NCBI GenBank assembly: GCA_965220745.1
Contig: CBDCQT010000007.1
Coordinates: 288,959 to 352,958 of the forward strand
DNA: 64,000 nt
Reading direction: 5' to 3'
DNA from: Alphaproteobacteria bacterium
GTDB taxonomy: Bacteria; Pseudomonadota; Alphaproteobacteria; UBA828
The notes beneath the pieces were generated by a model. The model was given only the letters and a program-made list of their open reading frames with translations, was not told the DNA's origin and searched no databases. The stretch's first letter is position 1. The number at the start of each line of letters is the position of its first letter. Below, one piece after another: positions 63,335 to 64,000 of the stretch. The position numbers and the translations under genes are program-made.

Positions 63335-64000
63335 TCACTTCCGCGACTGTTCCACAGGCTCGCCTTGGTCGCTGAAGAGATTTCCCCCGATGCTCTCCGT
63401 GATGCGAGACGCGGCAGTCTGCATTGAGTCCCGGGCAAGATGGGCGTAGCGGGCTGTAGTCTGCACCTGGGTGTGCCCGAGGAGCTTTCCGATCATGGTC
63501 AGGCTCTCGCCGAGCGCCAGCGCCCTGCTCGCAAAGCTGTGCCTGAGGTCATGAATTCTCACATCCTCCAGGTCAGCGCGCTTGCGGATGCGCCGCCAGG
63601 GGCGCTGAAGGTCGGTGAGGTGAGTACCCGGATTCCTGCCCGCGATCACCCACGGATTGTCATCCTCGCGGGGAAGGGCTGAAAGAACCGCACGAGCCTC
63701 CGGTCCCAGCGGCACCACCCTTCCGCCCGTCTTGGCGTCAAGGAGCTCGATGCAGTCTCCCTTCACGTTCTCCCACTGCAGGTCGCGGATCTCCGACATC
63801 CGGCAGCCCGTCAAGAGCAGCAGCCGGAACGCCGCGACCGCGGATGGCATCTCTTCCTCCGCCTCGCGCAATACCTCGCCAAGGCGCGCAACCTCCTCCT
63901 CGGACAGGAACCGCTCGCGCTGGTGCTCCTTGTAGCGCTTCACGTGCCGGCACGGGTTGGAGCCATCCTGCCGCCAGCCCCATACCTCCGCGAGGTTGAA
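63335..64000 (-). CDS. Tyrosine recombinase/integrase, 5' part outside the window
   Basis: TGCRMSE (R), AKTG (K), HDLRH, LLGH, TARY; NPCRHVKRY..RERFLS. Confidence 0.94.
   Translation of the reverse strand, partial: FNLAEVWGWRQDGSNPCRHVKRYKEHQRERFLSEEEVARLGEVLREAEEEMPSAVAAFRLLLLTGCRMSEIRDLQWENVKGDCIELLDAKTGGRVVPLGPEARAVLSALPREDDNPWVIAGRNPGTHLTDLQRPWRRIRKRADLEDVRIHDLRHSFASRALALGESLTMIGKLLGHTQVQTTARYAHLARDSMQTAASRITESIGGNLFSDQGEPVEQSRK

Larger units (their letters stand above)
46422..64000. mobile_element. Genomic (defence) island adjoining tRNA-fMet; right end beyond the window
   Basis: Abrupt switch after the tRNA 3' end to defence, TA, IS, relaxase-remnant and integrase genes; tandem TGGCAAAC at 46491 and 46502. 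Confidence 0.78.

Overview
GC-rich alphaproteobacterial chromosome segment (Rhodospirillales-like, judged from the 16S sequence and the 16S-tRNAIle-tRNAAla-23S-5S-tRNAfMet layout). About 1-40.8 kb is core and catabolic DNA: GMC oxidoreductase, Liv-type and Dpp/Opp-type ABC transporters, yqgE, a thrC-M16 peptidase-tusA-rimJ operon, an aldolase/hydratase/GATase/MetE-like cluster, xth, amidase, leuB and asd. Small accessory inserts interrupt it: a Fic gene, a solitary Mu gp27-like (DUF3486) gene between structured repeats, Phd-VapC, a REP-flanked GIY-YIG gene, AT-rich membrane-protein and HNH genes, an RTX gene and a metzincin lipoprotein gene. A complete rrn operon lies at about 41.1-46.4 kb. 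Directly after tRNA-fMet a defence-rich genomic island begins. It holds a SNF2-DUF3883 / DUF1156 methylase / DUF499 ATPase restriction-like operon with a DUF433-DUF5615 toxin-antitoxin pair coupled inside it, a Zn-binding HNH-like gene, a type III Res relic, a relaxase remnant, an IS3 element lacking target duplication, hipBA and a tyrosine integrase running off the right edge. All assignments come from motif recognition by eye; no database searches were run.
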